The notes under the pieces: model-generated
What the model was told of the DNA's origin: nothing
The model's input: only the letters and a program-made list of their open reading frames with translations
The model's database searches: none
Shown here: piece by piece, positions 10,063 to 19,148 of the stretch
How positions within the stretch are numbered: position 1 is the stretch's first letter
How the letters are laid out: every line of letters begins with the position of its first letter
Made by a program: the position numbers and the translations under genes
Assembly (NCBI GenBank): GCA_043800335.1
Contig: JAZDNC010000012.1
Coordinates: 1,017 to 65,016 of the forward strand
Reading direction: 5' to 3'
DNA length: 64,000 nucleotides
Source of the DNA: Chloroflexota bacterium
GTDB lineage: Bacteria > Chloroflexota > Dehalococcoidia > Dehalococcoidales > JAZDNC01

Positions 10063-10578
10063 TTACTCGGGGAAGTATACCGTGTCCGGAATATAGGCTC
10101 CGGTAGCCAGTTTCTTTTTTAGAGCCTGCGCCACATTATCGGGTACGAACTCGTTAATCTTCCCACCGAGCCTCGCAATTTCCTTAAGGATGCTTGAGCT
10201 CAAGAACTGGTATTCCTGGCTCGCCATGAGGCAGACAAGTTCCAGCTCTGGATTGAGCTTTCGGTTCATCAGTGCCAGGTCAAACTCACGCTCAAAATCG
10301 GAACCCGCCCGGAGCCCGCGCACCATGGTCTGGGCACCGATAGTGCGCGCGAAGTTAACCACGAGAGAGCTAAAAGGCACGACCTCAATATTCTTGACAT
10401 TGGATAGCGCATCTTTTGCCAGTTCCACTCTCTCCTGAATGGTGAACATGATACGCTTGTTGGGTGTAGCATAGATGCCGACAATCAGTTTCTCAAAGAG
10501 CCTCGCCGCCCGCATCGCCACGTCAATATGCCCGTTGGTTATAGGGTCAAAACTCCCCGGATAAAGTGCGACTGTCAA
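10063..10578 (-). CDS. coaD: Phosphopantetheine adenylyltransferase
   Basis: YPGSFDPITNGHIDV motif and conserved length. Confidence 0.95.
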   Translation of the reverse strand: MTVALYPGSFDPITNGHIDVAMRAARLFEKLIVGIYATPNKRIMFTIQERVELAKDALSNVKNIEVVPFSSLVVNFARTIGAQTMVRGLRAGSDFEREFDLALMNRKLNPELELVCLMASQEYQFLSSSILKEIARLGGKINEFVPDNVAQALKKKLATGAYIPDTVYFPE

Positions 10579-11162
10579 GACTGAGCCTCCTTTCGGTAGA
10601 TGGCAATACAGCTATCGCCGTGACGACTTTCCTTGACCATCCTGAGAGTGCCATAAGTTTTCATCAGCGAATGGTGAGGTGAGTGCGTCACCACCAGAAT
10701 TGTGTCTTTGCCCACCAGTTTAAGTGCTGAAAGTTCAGTTATTATATCACCAATACTCAAATCGGGATAGGGTGGGTCTATCAGAATAATTCCATACTCT
10801 TTATCCAGAAAGGAGAATGCTTTCCGCACCTCGCAGGAGTAAATATGCGCCTGGCCCAGTAACTTCGTCTTCTCCAGATTCTGCCTGATTACGTCACAGC
10901 ACTCATGGGAGTGCTCAACAAAGTCAACCCAACCGGCACCCCGGGAAAGGGCTTCGATACCCAGCCCCCCACTGCCGGAGTAAAGGTCAAGGACACAAGA
11001 CCAGTCACCCGCCAGATTCTCCAGAATGGAGAAGATAGCCCCCTTAACCAAGTCGGTGGCAGGACGGGTAGCTTTCCTTTTCGGTGCTACGAGTTTAGTC
11101 CCCTTGGCTTTCCCAGTGATAACACGCATCGTGCTAATTATAGCAGAAGAAAGCAGATTCAT
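10575..11162 (-). CDS. rsmD: 16S rRNA (guanine966-N2)-methyltransferase
   Basis: RVITGKAKGTKL...RPATDLVKGAIFSIL, DLYSGSGGLGIEALSRGA and DPPY motifs. An alternative start at 11129 (MRVITG) is possible. Confidence 0.9.
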   Translation of the reverse strand: MNLLSSAIISTMRVITGKAKGTKLVAPKRKATRPATDLVKGAIFSILENLAGDWSCVLDLYSGSGGLGIEALSRGAGWVDFVEHSHECCDVIRQNLEKTKLLGQAHIYSCEVRKAFSFLDKEYGIILIDPPYPDLSIGDIITELSALKLVGKDTILVVTHSPHHSLMKTYGTLRMVKESRHGDSCIAIYRKEAQS

Positions 11163-11652
11163 ACTTCCTCAACCAGAGAGCGCAGTCTGTCCTTGAAATC
11201 GCCACTAACCGGTCTGCCGTGCCCGAAGCAGATTGTCTCGGAATCAAATCAGGCAAGCTTTTTCACCGAGTCTATCGCCAGAGGGAAATCACAACAATTC
11301 CTTTTCACCGGCAGGTTAATCCGCCCGTGGTGCTTGGACAGGGCATCACCGACAATGAGAAGCCTCTCCTTTCTGGAGAAAAGGCTATGCTACCGGGAGT
11401 ATGTCCAGGGGTATGAATTACCTCAAGCCCGCCAATACCGCCCACATGGTCAAGGTGGTTGTGGGTGATAATTATTAAGTCTATATCCGCCGATTTGCGT
11501 CCCAGGCTCTCGACAAAGTCCAAAACAATACCGGCGCTAAAGATTACGCCGGTATCAACCAGTATTATTTTTTATCTATTTATAACCAGTAAGTTCACGT
11601 AGCGGAGCGGGGTCAGCTGGTAGATGCCGGGTAGAACTTCGATGACACGCAT
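11159..11652 (-). pseudogene. MBL-fold metallo-hydrolase, degraded
   Basis: My translation gives four collinear pieces. (1) MRVIEVLPGIYQLTPLRYVNLLVINR*. (2) After a frame change, KIILVDTGV...IIITHNHLDHVGGIGGLEVIHTPGHTPGSIAF. (3) After a second frame change, LIVGDALSKHHGRINLP...KKLA*. (4) FDSETICFGHGRPV...EEV*. About 50 aa are missing between HxHxDH and HTPGH. Confidence 0.85.
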
Positions 11653-11675
11653 CCCCCGCTCCAATTTAATTGTAA

Positions 11676-12515
11676 TTAAGCGGCGGCGACCTTCGCCTCC
11701 TCTTTTTCCCTGGTAACCACCGTCAGAACCCTGGTCGGGCAGGCTTCAACGCAGGCAAGGCAGAGGGTGCACTTCGCCGAGTCAAACTCGGGAATACCTT
11801 TCTCTTTGTTCCAGGTTATGGCACCAGCCTCGCAGGCTTTAAAGCAGAGCTGGCAGTGGGTACAGCCGAATTCACAGCGCTCCCTGCCCGGGATGTTCCG
11901 GAGGGGTATATAGCTACAGCGATGGGCAATCTTCGTCCCTGGAGACACGAGCTCGATAATCCCCCTCGGACACTCCTTAACGCATAGACCGCAGCCGATA
12001 CACTTGTTCCAATCTATTTTGGCGACTTTGGTATCCGGGTCTATCGAGATAGCCCCCTCAGGGCAGATATTCACGCAGTCCCCCAGACCCAGACAAGCGT
12101 AGGGACATTTCTTCTGCCCGCTGAGGAGCTGTGCCGCCGCCTTGCAGGTCTCAATACCTTCGTAATCGAAGATAGCCTCCGAGTTCCCGGCGCAATGAAC
12201 GAGCGCCTTCTTCGCCAGGGCTGCGGCATCCAGCTCTATGCCCAGGGCTTTTCCCAGCTTGGCTAGCTTTTCCGGGTCCTGAGCGGTCATACCGCAGGTG
12301 ACGCTCCTTATCAGCTCCGGGTTCTTGGTCAGTGCCTGAGCGAAACCGAAACAGCCGGGGAAACCACAGGCAGCACAGTTACGTCCCGGCAGAATGGCAT
12401 TAATCTCTTCTGTCTTCTCCAGTCCCTGTACTTTTTGCGGTATCTTCAGAAATCCGACGTATATAAGGGCTCCACAGACAAGCCCAATTGCCGTAATAAT
12501 TAGTACTGGTACCAT
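11676..12515 (-). CDS. rnfB: Rnf complex subunit B (polyferredoxin)
   Basis: N-terminal TM helix, CAACGFPGC motif and several CxxCxxCxxxCP ferredoxin motifs. Last gene of rnfCDGEAB. Confidence 0.92.
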   Translation of the reverse strand: MVPVLIITAIGLVCGALIYVGFLKIPQKVQGLEKTEEINAILPGRNCAACGFPGCFGFAQALTKNPELIRSVTCGMTAQDPEKLAKLGKALGIELDAAALAKKALVHCAGNSEAIFDYEGIETCKAAAQLLSGQKKCPYACLGLGDCVNICPEGAISIDPDTKVAKIDWNKCIGCGLCVKECPRGIIELVSPGTKIAHRCSYIPLRNIPGRERCEFGCTHCQLCFKACEAGAITWNKEKGIPEFDSAKCTLCLACVEACPTRVLTVVTREKEEAKVAAA

Positions 12516-12550
12516 CTACACAACCTCCAAACCGAGTAATTGAGCCTATA

Positions 12551-13132
12551 TTATACCAGACCGGCGAAGCCGTAGAAAGTCAAACCAAGCAACATGGCAA
12601 CAAAGATAGCTATCGGTAGCCCTCTGAAGTTAATCGGAAGAAGAGCCGTGTCCAGCTTCTCCCTTATTGCCGCCATTACAATCATTATGTAAGCAAAGCC
12701 AACCGCGCCACCGAAAGCCGATACAATGCTTTGAATCAGGGAATACTGCTCCCTGAGATTAATGAAAGTAATCCCAAGGACACCACAGTTCACGGTAATA
12801 AGCGGCAAGAAGATGCCAAAGGCATTATACAGATTGGCGTTAGTTCGCTTGACATACATCTCGGTAAGCTGTACCAGTGTTGAAATCACCAGTATGTAAA
12901 TCACATTGTTCATGTAGAGGATTTTAAAGGGTATAAGCAACTGATAGGTCAAAATCCAGCAGATTGCAGCTGAGATGAACATGACCAGTCCCAGAGCTAC
13001 GCCCATGGGGACGGCGTCCTTTACCCTTTTGGTCACACCAAAGAAGGGACATAGCCCCAGGAAGAGGGCAACCGCGAAGTTGTTCACTATCGCCATCTGA
13101 AAGAATATCTCAAAGAGCCCTTTATTACTCAT
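12551..13132 (-). CDS. rnfA: Rnf complex subunit A
   Basis: VNNFAVALFLGLCPFFGV and GIFLPLITVNCGVLG motifs. Confidence 0.92.
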   Translation of the reverse strand: MSNKGLFEIFFQMAIVNNFAVALFLGLCPFFGVTKRVKDAVPMGVALGLVMFISAAICWILTYQLLIPFKILYMNNVIYILVISTLVQLTEMYVKRTNANLYNAFGIFLPLITVNCGVLGITFINLREQYSLIQSIVSAFGGAVGFAYIMIVMAAIREKLDTALLPINFRGLPIAIFVAMLLGLTFYGFAGLV

Positions 13133-13739
13133 GTTTTTCCACCCCCATCCGTCTCAATAGTCCATGAAGAAGTCCAATGACCAGAAATGCTCCTGGCGGC
13201 AGCACCAGCAGCCCGATAGGCTGGTCTTTCAGAACGGGTAAGGTAAGGAACTTTTGTCCCATGAAGGATAGGCTTCCCGTGCCGAATAGCTGCCTCGGGA
13301 TAGCCACTACCAGCATGGCAAGACCGAACCCAAGAGCTACACCCACGCCATCAGCGATAGATAGCCTCACCGGATTGTGAAGGGCGAAGACCTCCGCCCG
13401 ACCAAGGACGTTTCAGTTTACCGTAATCAGTGGCAGGTATATACCCAGCAGGGTGTATATCGCCGGGACATAGGCGTGAAAGGTCATGTCAACGATGGTG
13501 ACAAAGCTGGCGGCAATAACAATCATGATGGGGATTCTTACCACATTGGGGATGAAGTTCCGCATGGTTGAGATGATAATGCTCGTCCAGAACATGATGA
13601 AGGCAAGACCCACCGCCATGCCGATAGAACCATCCAGCCCGATGGTCAGCATGAGAGCGGGGCAGTTGCCCAGACAAAGCACCATAAGCGGGTTCATGGT
13701 AATGAATCCCTTGGTAAATTCACCCCACATTTTCTTCAT
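13125..13739 (-). CDS. rnfE: Rnf complex subunit E with an in-frame TGA at codon 109 (candidate selenocysteine, or nonsense mutation)
   Basis: Track ORFs 13413..13739 and 13125..13370 are in the same frame. They are separated by TGA (13413..13415) plus 14 sense codons. The read-through is ...GIYLPLITVN-TGA-NVLGRAEVFALHNPVRLSIADG..., matching the RnfE consensus across the junction. Confidence 0.8.
13382..13399 (-). other. SECIS-like stem-loop downstream of the rnfE TGA
   Basis: RNA GGGCGGA-GGUC-UUCGCCC: a 7-bp stem with one G.U pair and a GGUC loop closed by A-U. The stem starts 13 nt after the UGA. The hexamer AGGUCU matches the fdhF SECIS apex as I recall it. Confidence 0.55.
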
Positions 13740-13765
13740 TCGTGCCCTCCTCTCTCTAAATTAAG

Positions 13766-14302
13766 CTATTTAGGTAATGCCTTGACTCTTTCAAGGGCGG
13801 TGTTTCTGACTGCCTCTACCACCGCCCTTGAGCTTATCGTAGAGCCGGTAATCCCATCTATCTGTCCGCCATCGGACTTAAGTTTAATGTCCTCTATTTT
13901 TTGATTAATGAATTTGTCCGTAAACGATGGTAGTCTAACGCGGTCGCCAAGCCCCGCTGTCTCGCTCTGAGAGACAATAGCGATACCCTTTACGGTGGTC
14001 GCATCTTGCAGCGCCACCATGATGCTAATTTCTCCGTGATAGCCAGTGCCGGTCGCCTTGAAGGCATAGCCGACTGTCTTGCCATCTGCCAGGATGGTGT
14101 AGACATCGTTTTCCAGGTTGAAGCTGGTCATCTCAGGAAAGAAGACTTTAAGCGGTGCCATAGAACCAGCTTCTTCCTGAGCTTTGATTTTAGGCTCGGT
14201 AAAGCGATTGGCATAGCTGAGAAAGTTTACCGAGGCGAAAACAACTATGGTAACGATGATTACCGGATAGAGCTTCTTCAGGACATTCTCTTTAGGCTGC
14301 AC
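13766..14302 (-). CDS. rnfG: Rnf complex subunit G (FMN-binding)
   Basis: N-terminal anchor and GITGSTISSRAV flavinylation motif. Confidence 0.9.
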   Translation of the reverse strand: MQPKENVLKKLYPVIIVTIVVFASVNFLSYANRFTEPKIKAQEEAGSMAPLKVFFPEMTSFNLENDVYTILADGKTVGYAFKATGTGYHGEISIMVALQDATTVKGIAIVSQSETAGLGDRVRLPSFTDKFINQKIEDIKLKSDGGQIDGITGSTISSRAVVEAVRNTALERVKALPK

Positions 14303-15248
14303 CTTTCACCGCCTTTCTGAAACCGAGCGGTCTTACCCTGACCAGTCGGTCAATAATCGGGGCTAGAGAGTTCATGAAGAGAATAGAGTAGCCGGCGCCT
14401 TCGGGTAAACCGCCGAACCTTCTGATAACAGCAGTGGTCAAACCACAACCGAGTGCGAATATCATCCTGCCCCGGCGTGTTACCGGCGTGGTCACCGGGT
14501 CGGTCGCCATGAAGATGGCGCAGAGCAGTAGACCGCCAGAGAGCAGTTGTAGCACCGGGTCCTCACCAAAAAGCGCCCCCACCGCGACCGTTGTGCCGAC
14601 AAAGATTAGCGGAACCTCCCAGTCAATGAGCTGTAAAGCTATGAGCAGAATGCCCCCGACAATGAGAATCACCACCGAAGTCTCGCCCATAGAACCGGCA
14701 CGATTCCCGAAAAACATGTCCTGGTAAAGGGCAAGCCTCGCCGCCAGCCGGGAAGACCAGGCGAAGTTATTGCTCAGAGGAGTGGCGGTGGATACAGCGT
14801 CCACGCTGAAAGGCATCAACCAGGTCGTCATCGCTTTGGGGAAGGAAGCAGCGAGAAGAGCACGTGCCGCCAGAGCAGGATTAAAGATGTTGTAGCCCAG
14901 ACCGCCGAAGGCTTCTTTGACGATGCCGATGGCAAATACAGCCCCCAGGGCCACCATCCAGAGGTTAATTGCCGCGGGTAGAGTGAGGGCTAAAAGCATG
15001 CCGGTGATAATAGCGCTCCCATCCATGACGAAGGGCTTGCCTCTAATCTTCTTACAGCCCCACTCCGTTAGCAGGGAGAAAACCACACTGGTCAGCACGA
15101 TGAAAAGCGCCCTCAGCCCGAAGAAATAGGTCGCCGCGCCAACGGGCAGGAGCAAGACCAGAGCGGTGAGATACATTATTCGGTTTACTGAAAAACCCCG
15201 CCAGATATGAGGCCCTGGCGAGACCTGGAACTCACCTTGTGGCATCAT
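14292..15248 (-). CDS. rnfD: Rnf complex subunit D
   Basis: Polytopic NqrB/RnfD-like protein with the C-terminal ...SILFMNSLAPIID motif region. Confidence 0.9.
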   Translation of the reverse strand: MMPQGEFQVSPGPHIWRGFSVNRIMYLTALVLLLPVGAATYFFGLRALFIVLTSVVFSLLTEWGCKKIRGKPFVMDGSAIITGMLLALTLPAAINLWMVALGAVFAIGIVKEAFGGLGYNIFNPALAARALLAASFPKAMTTWLMPFSVDAVSTATPLSNNFAWSSRLAARLALYQDMFFGNRAGSMGETSVVILIVGGILLIALQLIDWEVPLIFVGTTVAVGALFGEDPVLQLLSGGLLLCAIFMATDPVTTPVTRRGRMIFALGCGLTTAVIRRFGGLPEGAGYSILFMNSLAPIIDRLVRVRPLGFRKAVKGAA

Positions 15249-16564
15249 TTCTTTGCTTTCCTCCTACTAATCTCCTTCTTAGCAATCTTTATGTACTGGA
15301 CATGAGGAATGTTGGCCGGGCAGACATAGGAGCACATGCCGCACTCGAAACAACACTCTATATAATACGACTGGCAGTCTTCATACTGACCCTTCTTAAT
15401 ATACCTAGGATATACCCTGGGCATAAGTCCCGCCGGACAGACGGCAATGCAGCGACCGCAGTTAATGCAGTTAGTCTCTTTTATCGGCTGCGGGGCTTTC
15501 ACTAGAAGGCAGGTGGTGCCCTTGGTCACCGGAGAGTTAAGGTCAAATACGGCGACTCCCATCATCGGACCGCCCATGATTACCTGCCCTTCCGCTACCA
15601 TGCCACTGCAAAAGTCAATCAGGCTCTTAATCGGCGTGCCCAGTCTTACCAGAAGATTCTTGGGATTTTTGACGGCACCGGTGACTGTTACCACCCGCTC
15701 AATCAGGGGCTTACCCTCGTAAATAGCATCGTAAATAGCCTTGGCGGTCGCCACGTTATGCACCACCACCCCCACGTCCAGTGGCAAGCCGCCTATTGGC
15801 ACTTCTCTCTTTACGATGGTTTTGATAAGCGTTTTTTCGGCGCCGCCGATATACTTGGCTTCCATCGGCACAATCTGAAAGGGAAAGCCCTTTTTGCCAA
15901 TCAAATTCTCCAGATTGTCCATGGCGTCTTCTTTATTGTCCTCAACCGCAATATAGACATTCTTGGCTCCCAGCAACTTCTGGATGAGCTGTAAACCGCC
16001 CAGCATCTTGTCGCCGTACTCCAGCATCACCCTGTGGTCTGCTGTCGCGTAAGGTTCGGATTCACACCCGTTGAGGATAAGAGTATCAATCGTCTTGCCC
16101 TTGGGCGGCGCCAGCTTGACGTGGGCGGGAAAGGTAGCCCCTCCCATCCCCACGATGCCAGCCTCCCTTACCCGCTTGAGAATCTCTTCATTGGTCATAG
16201 CCTCGGGATTCTTGGGGACGTCGAGCTCTATCCACTTGTCGGCGCCATCAGAGGTTATCGTGATGATGTCCGTGACTTCCCCGGTGCGTGGATTGATGCC
16301 CGTGGTGACACTGGCGACCTCACCGGAGCAACTGGCGTGAATGGGCGCCGACACATATTTGTCGGAATCGGCAATCTTCTGCCCGGTGAGAACCTTATCC
16401 CCTCGCCTCACCAGGGCTTTATTGGGCGCCCCCAGATTTTGCTGTACCGGCAGAATCACGCTCTCCGGTATTGGCGCCTTCTCAATCGGGCTAGCCGCGG
16501 TGAGTTTGCAATCCGGCAGGTGCACCCCGTTAGGCAGGCGCTTTTTCTTTAGCCTGATGTTCAC
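15245..16564 (-). CDS. rnfC: Rnf complex subunit C
   Basis: GIVGMGGATFPAHVKL NADH/FMN site and two CxxCxxCxxxCP motifs near the C-terminus. Confidence 0.92.
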   Translation of the reverse strand: MNIRLKKKRLPNGVHLPDCKLTAASPIEKAPIPESVILPVQQNLGAPNKALVRRGDKVLTGQKIADSDKYVSAPIHASCSGEVASVTTGINPRTGEVTDIITITSDGADKWIELDVPKNPEAMTNEEILKRVREAGIVGMGGATFPAHVKLAPPKGKTIDTLILNGCESEPYATADHRVMLEYGDKMLGGLQLIQKLLGAKNVYIAVEDNKEDAMDNLENLIGKKGFPFQIVPMEAKYIGGAEKTLIKTIVKREVPIGGLPLDVGVVVHNVATAKAIYDAIYEGKPLIERVVTVTGAVKNPKNLLVRLGTPIKSLIDFCSGMVAEGQVIMGGPMMGVAVFDLNSPVTKGTTCLLVKAPQPIKETNCINCGRCIAVCPAGLMPRVYPRYIKKGQYEDCQSYYIECCFECGMCSYVCPANIPHVQYIKIAKKEISRRKAKK

Positions 16565-16576
16565 TCCCTTTTCACC

Positions 16577-17587
16577 TCACTTACTCTCACTGAGATACTT
16601 ATCCATACCGGAGGAAAGAATAATCTCCCGGTCGGTATCCACAATGAAACACTCCACATCGTCCATGGACTCAACCAGCCTCATCCCCTTCTCTGGCCCC
16701 AGAACAAAGACCGAGGTCGCCAAGGCGTCAGCCTGGGTGCCGCTGCCGGCGACTATTGTAACGCTGATACACTCTCCAGCCGAATACCCCGTCTTTGGAT
16801 TCATGAGGTGGTGAGCCTTCTTGTCCGGGGAGAAATACCGCTCGTAATTCCCTGAAGTTGAGATTGATTTCTGGGCGAATCGGAAGATAGCCAGACTTTC
16901 ACTGGTGTTGTCCGGGTTGACCAGACTTATATTCCAAGGCTCACCGCTCGGTTTGGTGCCCAGAGTGCCGATATCCCCGCCGGCGGCGATAATGGCGTGT
17001 TTTACCCCCATCCCCTCTAAAATCCTGAGAGCCTCATCAACGGCGTAACCCTTGGTAATGCCACCAAGGGTAATCTTCATTCCTTCCGCCTCAAGGCTTA
17101 TCCGCTCGGCAGTGACCTCTATTTTATCAGAGCCAATCAGCCGCAGGTATTCATTAACCCTGGCTTGCTGAGCTTCTGCCGACTCTTGCCACAGACCCGC
17201 CGCCCAGAGTTCGAGAAGGGGCTGAACGGTGATGTCAAAGTAGCCGTCGGTGAGCTTGTTGAACTCTATTGACTGCCTGACCAGACGCACCAGGTCAAGC
17301 GAGGGACTCTCCAGATAACCGTCACGGTTGAGCTTGAAGGCTTCGGCATTTTCATCAAAGATTGAAGCCGCCTTAGCGATCTCCTCCATGCGGAGGAAGG
17401 CGGCACTTATGGCTTTCCCAGCAAAGACCCGGTCATCCGCGTAAACGGTTACCCGGATGAAGGTGTCCATCATGTTGCGGGTTTCCTCGTATTTCTCCGG
17501 GGAAGCCCTGACCGCACAGCCTGCAGGAGCGACTAGCAGTGTAACAAGTGTTAGAAGAATCGCTAGGGCATTCTTTAGTTTTTTCAT
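16577..17587 (-). CDS. apbE: FAD:protein FMN transferase (ApbE family) lipoprotein
   Basis: Signal peptide LVAPAGC and GYFDITVQPL motif. It lies 12 nt upstream of rnfC. Confidence 0.88.
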   Translation of the reverse strand: MKKLKNALAILLTLVTLLVAPAGCAVRASPEKYEETRNMMDTFIRVTVYADDRVFAGKAISAAFLRMEEIAKAASIFDENAEAFKLNRDGYLESPSLDLVRLVRQSIEFNKLTDGYFDITVQPLLELWAAGLWQESAEAQQARVNEYLRLIGSDKIEVTAERISLEAEGMKITLGGITKGYAVDEALRILEGMGVKHAIIAAGGDIGTLGTKPSGEPWNISLVNPDNTSESLAIFRFAQKSISTSGNYERYFSPDKKAHHLMNPKTGYSAGECISVTIVAGSGTQADALATSVFVLGPEKGMRLVESMDDVECFIVDTDREIILSSGMDKYLSESK

Positions 17588-17829
17588 TGCTTAAGATAAG
17601 GCTTAAGTTAAGAGACACCCTGACGCCTGAGTCAAAATCCAAGCGCCAGGGCGCCGGCTATCTCACTTTTCTAGCACAGTCGGAAATTTTAGCACAAAAC
17701 ATTGGTGAAGTCTACTTCACCTTGAACCACTATCGTCCTCGGTTGATTGAAGAGGAAAGGGGTTAGACTCCGCCAGCTTGACACTCGTAGCTACGGGTGT
17801 TACACTTCACCTGTTCTGATACGGCTAAA

Positions 17830-18684
17830 ATGATGAAGAAAATCGGCATTCTCTACCATCCCCTTATTGAAACGGCACCAGAGGTCGCTGCAAAAATCGC
17901 CGGGCTTCTTACTTCTCGGCATATCTCCGTCTGGCTGGGTTCCTCATGGGAGACGGCTAACGCCCGCACCCGGCTTAATGGCACCGAACTGATATTGAGC
18001 ATCGGTGGAGACGGCAACATCCTGCGCTGTGCCCAGGTAGTTCTGGGCACCAACATACCGATTACGGGGATAAACCTCGGCAGATTGGGCTTCATGACCG
18101 AGCTCTCGGTCAATGAATTTGAATCTAAATTTCCCCACGTCCTTCACGGCGAGGGCTGGATTGATGAGCGAACAATGCTGGAGGTAAGACCCCCACAGCC
18201 ATCGGGTCAACCTGAGACAGTCCTCCATGCTCTTAACGATGTCGTGGTAGCAAGAGGAGCAACTATCCGGGTGCTCAATACCCAGGTATCTATCAATGGG
18301 GCAAAATTTACCACCTATGTTGCCGACGGTGTGATTGTAGCGACTGCCACCGGCTCCACCGGCTATGCTCTCTCGGCGGGGGGACCCATTCTTCACCCTC
18401 AAGCTGCAGAGTTTCTCCTTTCACCCCTCCTGCCCCACCTGTCACTGCCTTACACCATGGTACTCCCGCGAACCAGCATCATCAGTCTAGAGGTGAGTAC
18501 TCCCCTTCCGGCACTGCTTAGCATTGACGGGCACATTAGTCTGCCTCTTGAGAACGGGAGCGCCGTGACGATAAAAGAGAGTAGGTTCAAAATCCGTTTC
18601 CTAAGGATACACCCCGAAGCATCTTTTTACACCGCACTGGAGCAAAAACTGAGGGGAAGGAGAGATGCCAATCCGAGTCGATAA
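17830..18684 (+). CDS. nadK: NAD kinase
   Basis: GGDGNILR and NDVVV motifs. Start trimmed to MMKKIGILYHP. Confidence 0.9.
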   Translation: MMKKIGILYHPLIETAPEVAAKIAGLLTSRHISVWLGSSWETANARTRLNGTELILSIGGDGNILRCAQVVLGTNIPITGINLGRLGFMTELSVNEFESKFPHVLHGEGWIDERTMLEVRPPQPSGQPETVLHALNDVVVARGATIRVLNTQVSINGAKFTTYVADGVIVATATGSTGYALSAGGPILHPQAAEFLLSPLLPHLSLPYTMVLPRTSIISLEVSTPLPALLSIDGHISLPLENGSAVTIKESRFKIRFLRIHPEASFYTALEQKLRGRRDANPSR

Positions 18685-19138
18685 AGCCAGAATCAGTGAT
18701 GTACCGCAGATGCACCGTCTCATCAACTATTTCGCCAATAAGGGCGAGATGCTGGCACGCCCCATCAGCGAGCTTTACGAGAACGTAAGGGGCTTCTTCG
18801 TGGTCAGAGAAGGAGATAAGGTGCTTGGTTGCATCGCCCTTGGGGTCATGTGGGAGGACCTTGCCGAAATCAAGTCTCTTGCCGTTTTAGAGGAATATCA
18901 GGGGCAGGGCATTGGCGAAACGCTAGTGAAAGCCTGCCTCAAAGACGCCCAAAAGCTGGATATTACCACCGTTTTCTGTCTGACCTACAAACCAACCTTC
19001 TTTGAGAAGCAGGGCTTCTCTCTCATAAATAAGGATACCCTGCCGCGCAAGGTCTGGGGCGAGTGCTACCGCTGTCCCAAGTACCCGGACTGCGATGAGA
19101 TTGCGCTCATCTACCACCTGAGACCAGCCAAAAGCTAG
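18665..19138 (+). CDS. GNAT-family N-acetyltransferase (short ArgA-like)
   Basis: AVLEEYQGQGIGETLV acetyl-CoA motif. 157 aa. Confidence 0.8.
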   Translation: MPIRVDKARISDVPQMHRLINYFANKGEMLARPISELYENVRGFFVVREGDKVLGCIALGVMWEDLAEIKSLAVLEEYQGQGIGETLVKACLKDAQKLDITTVFCLTYKPTFFEKQGFSLINKDTLPRKVWGECYRCPKYPDCDEIALIYHLRPAKS

Positions 19139-19148
19139 GAGCAAAGCT

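Noticed and set aside
13413-13415. Genome-wide reassignment of TGA (genetic code 4/25) as the explanation for the rnfE TGA.
   Set aside because: TGA terminates ordinary genes in the window at the expected protein ends, for example the ABC ATPase at 8177..8179 and the DAK2 gene at 41917..41919.
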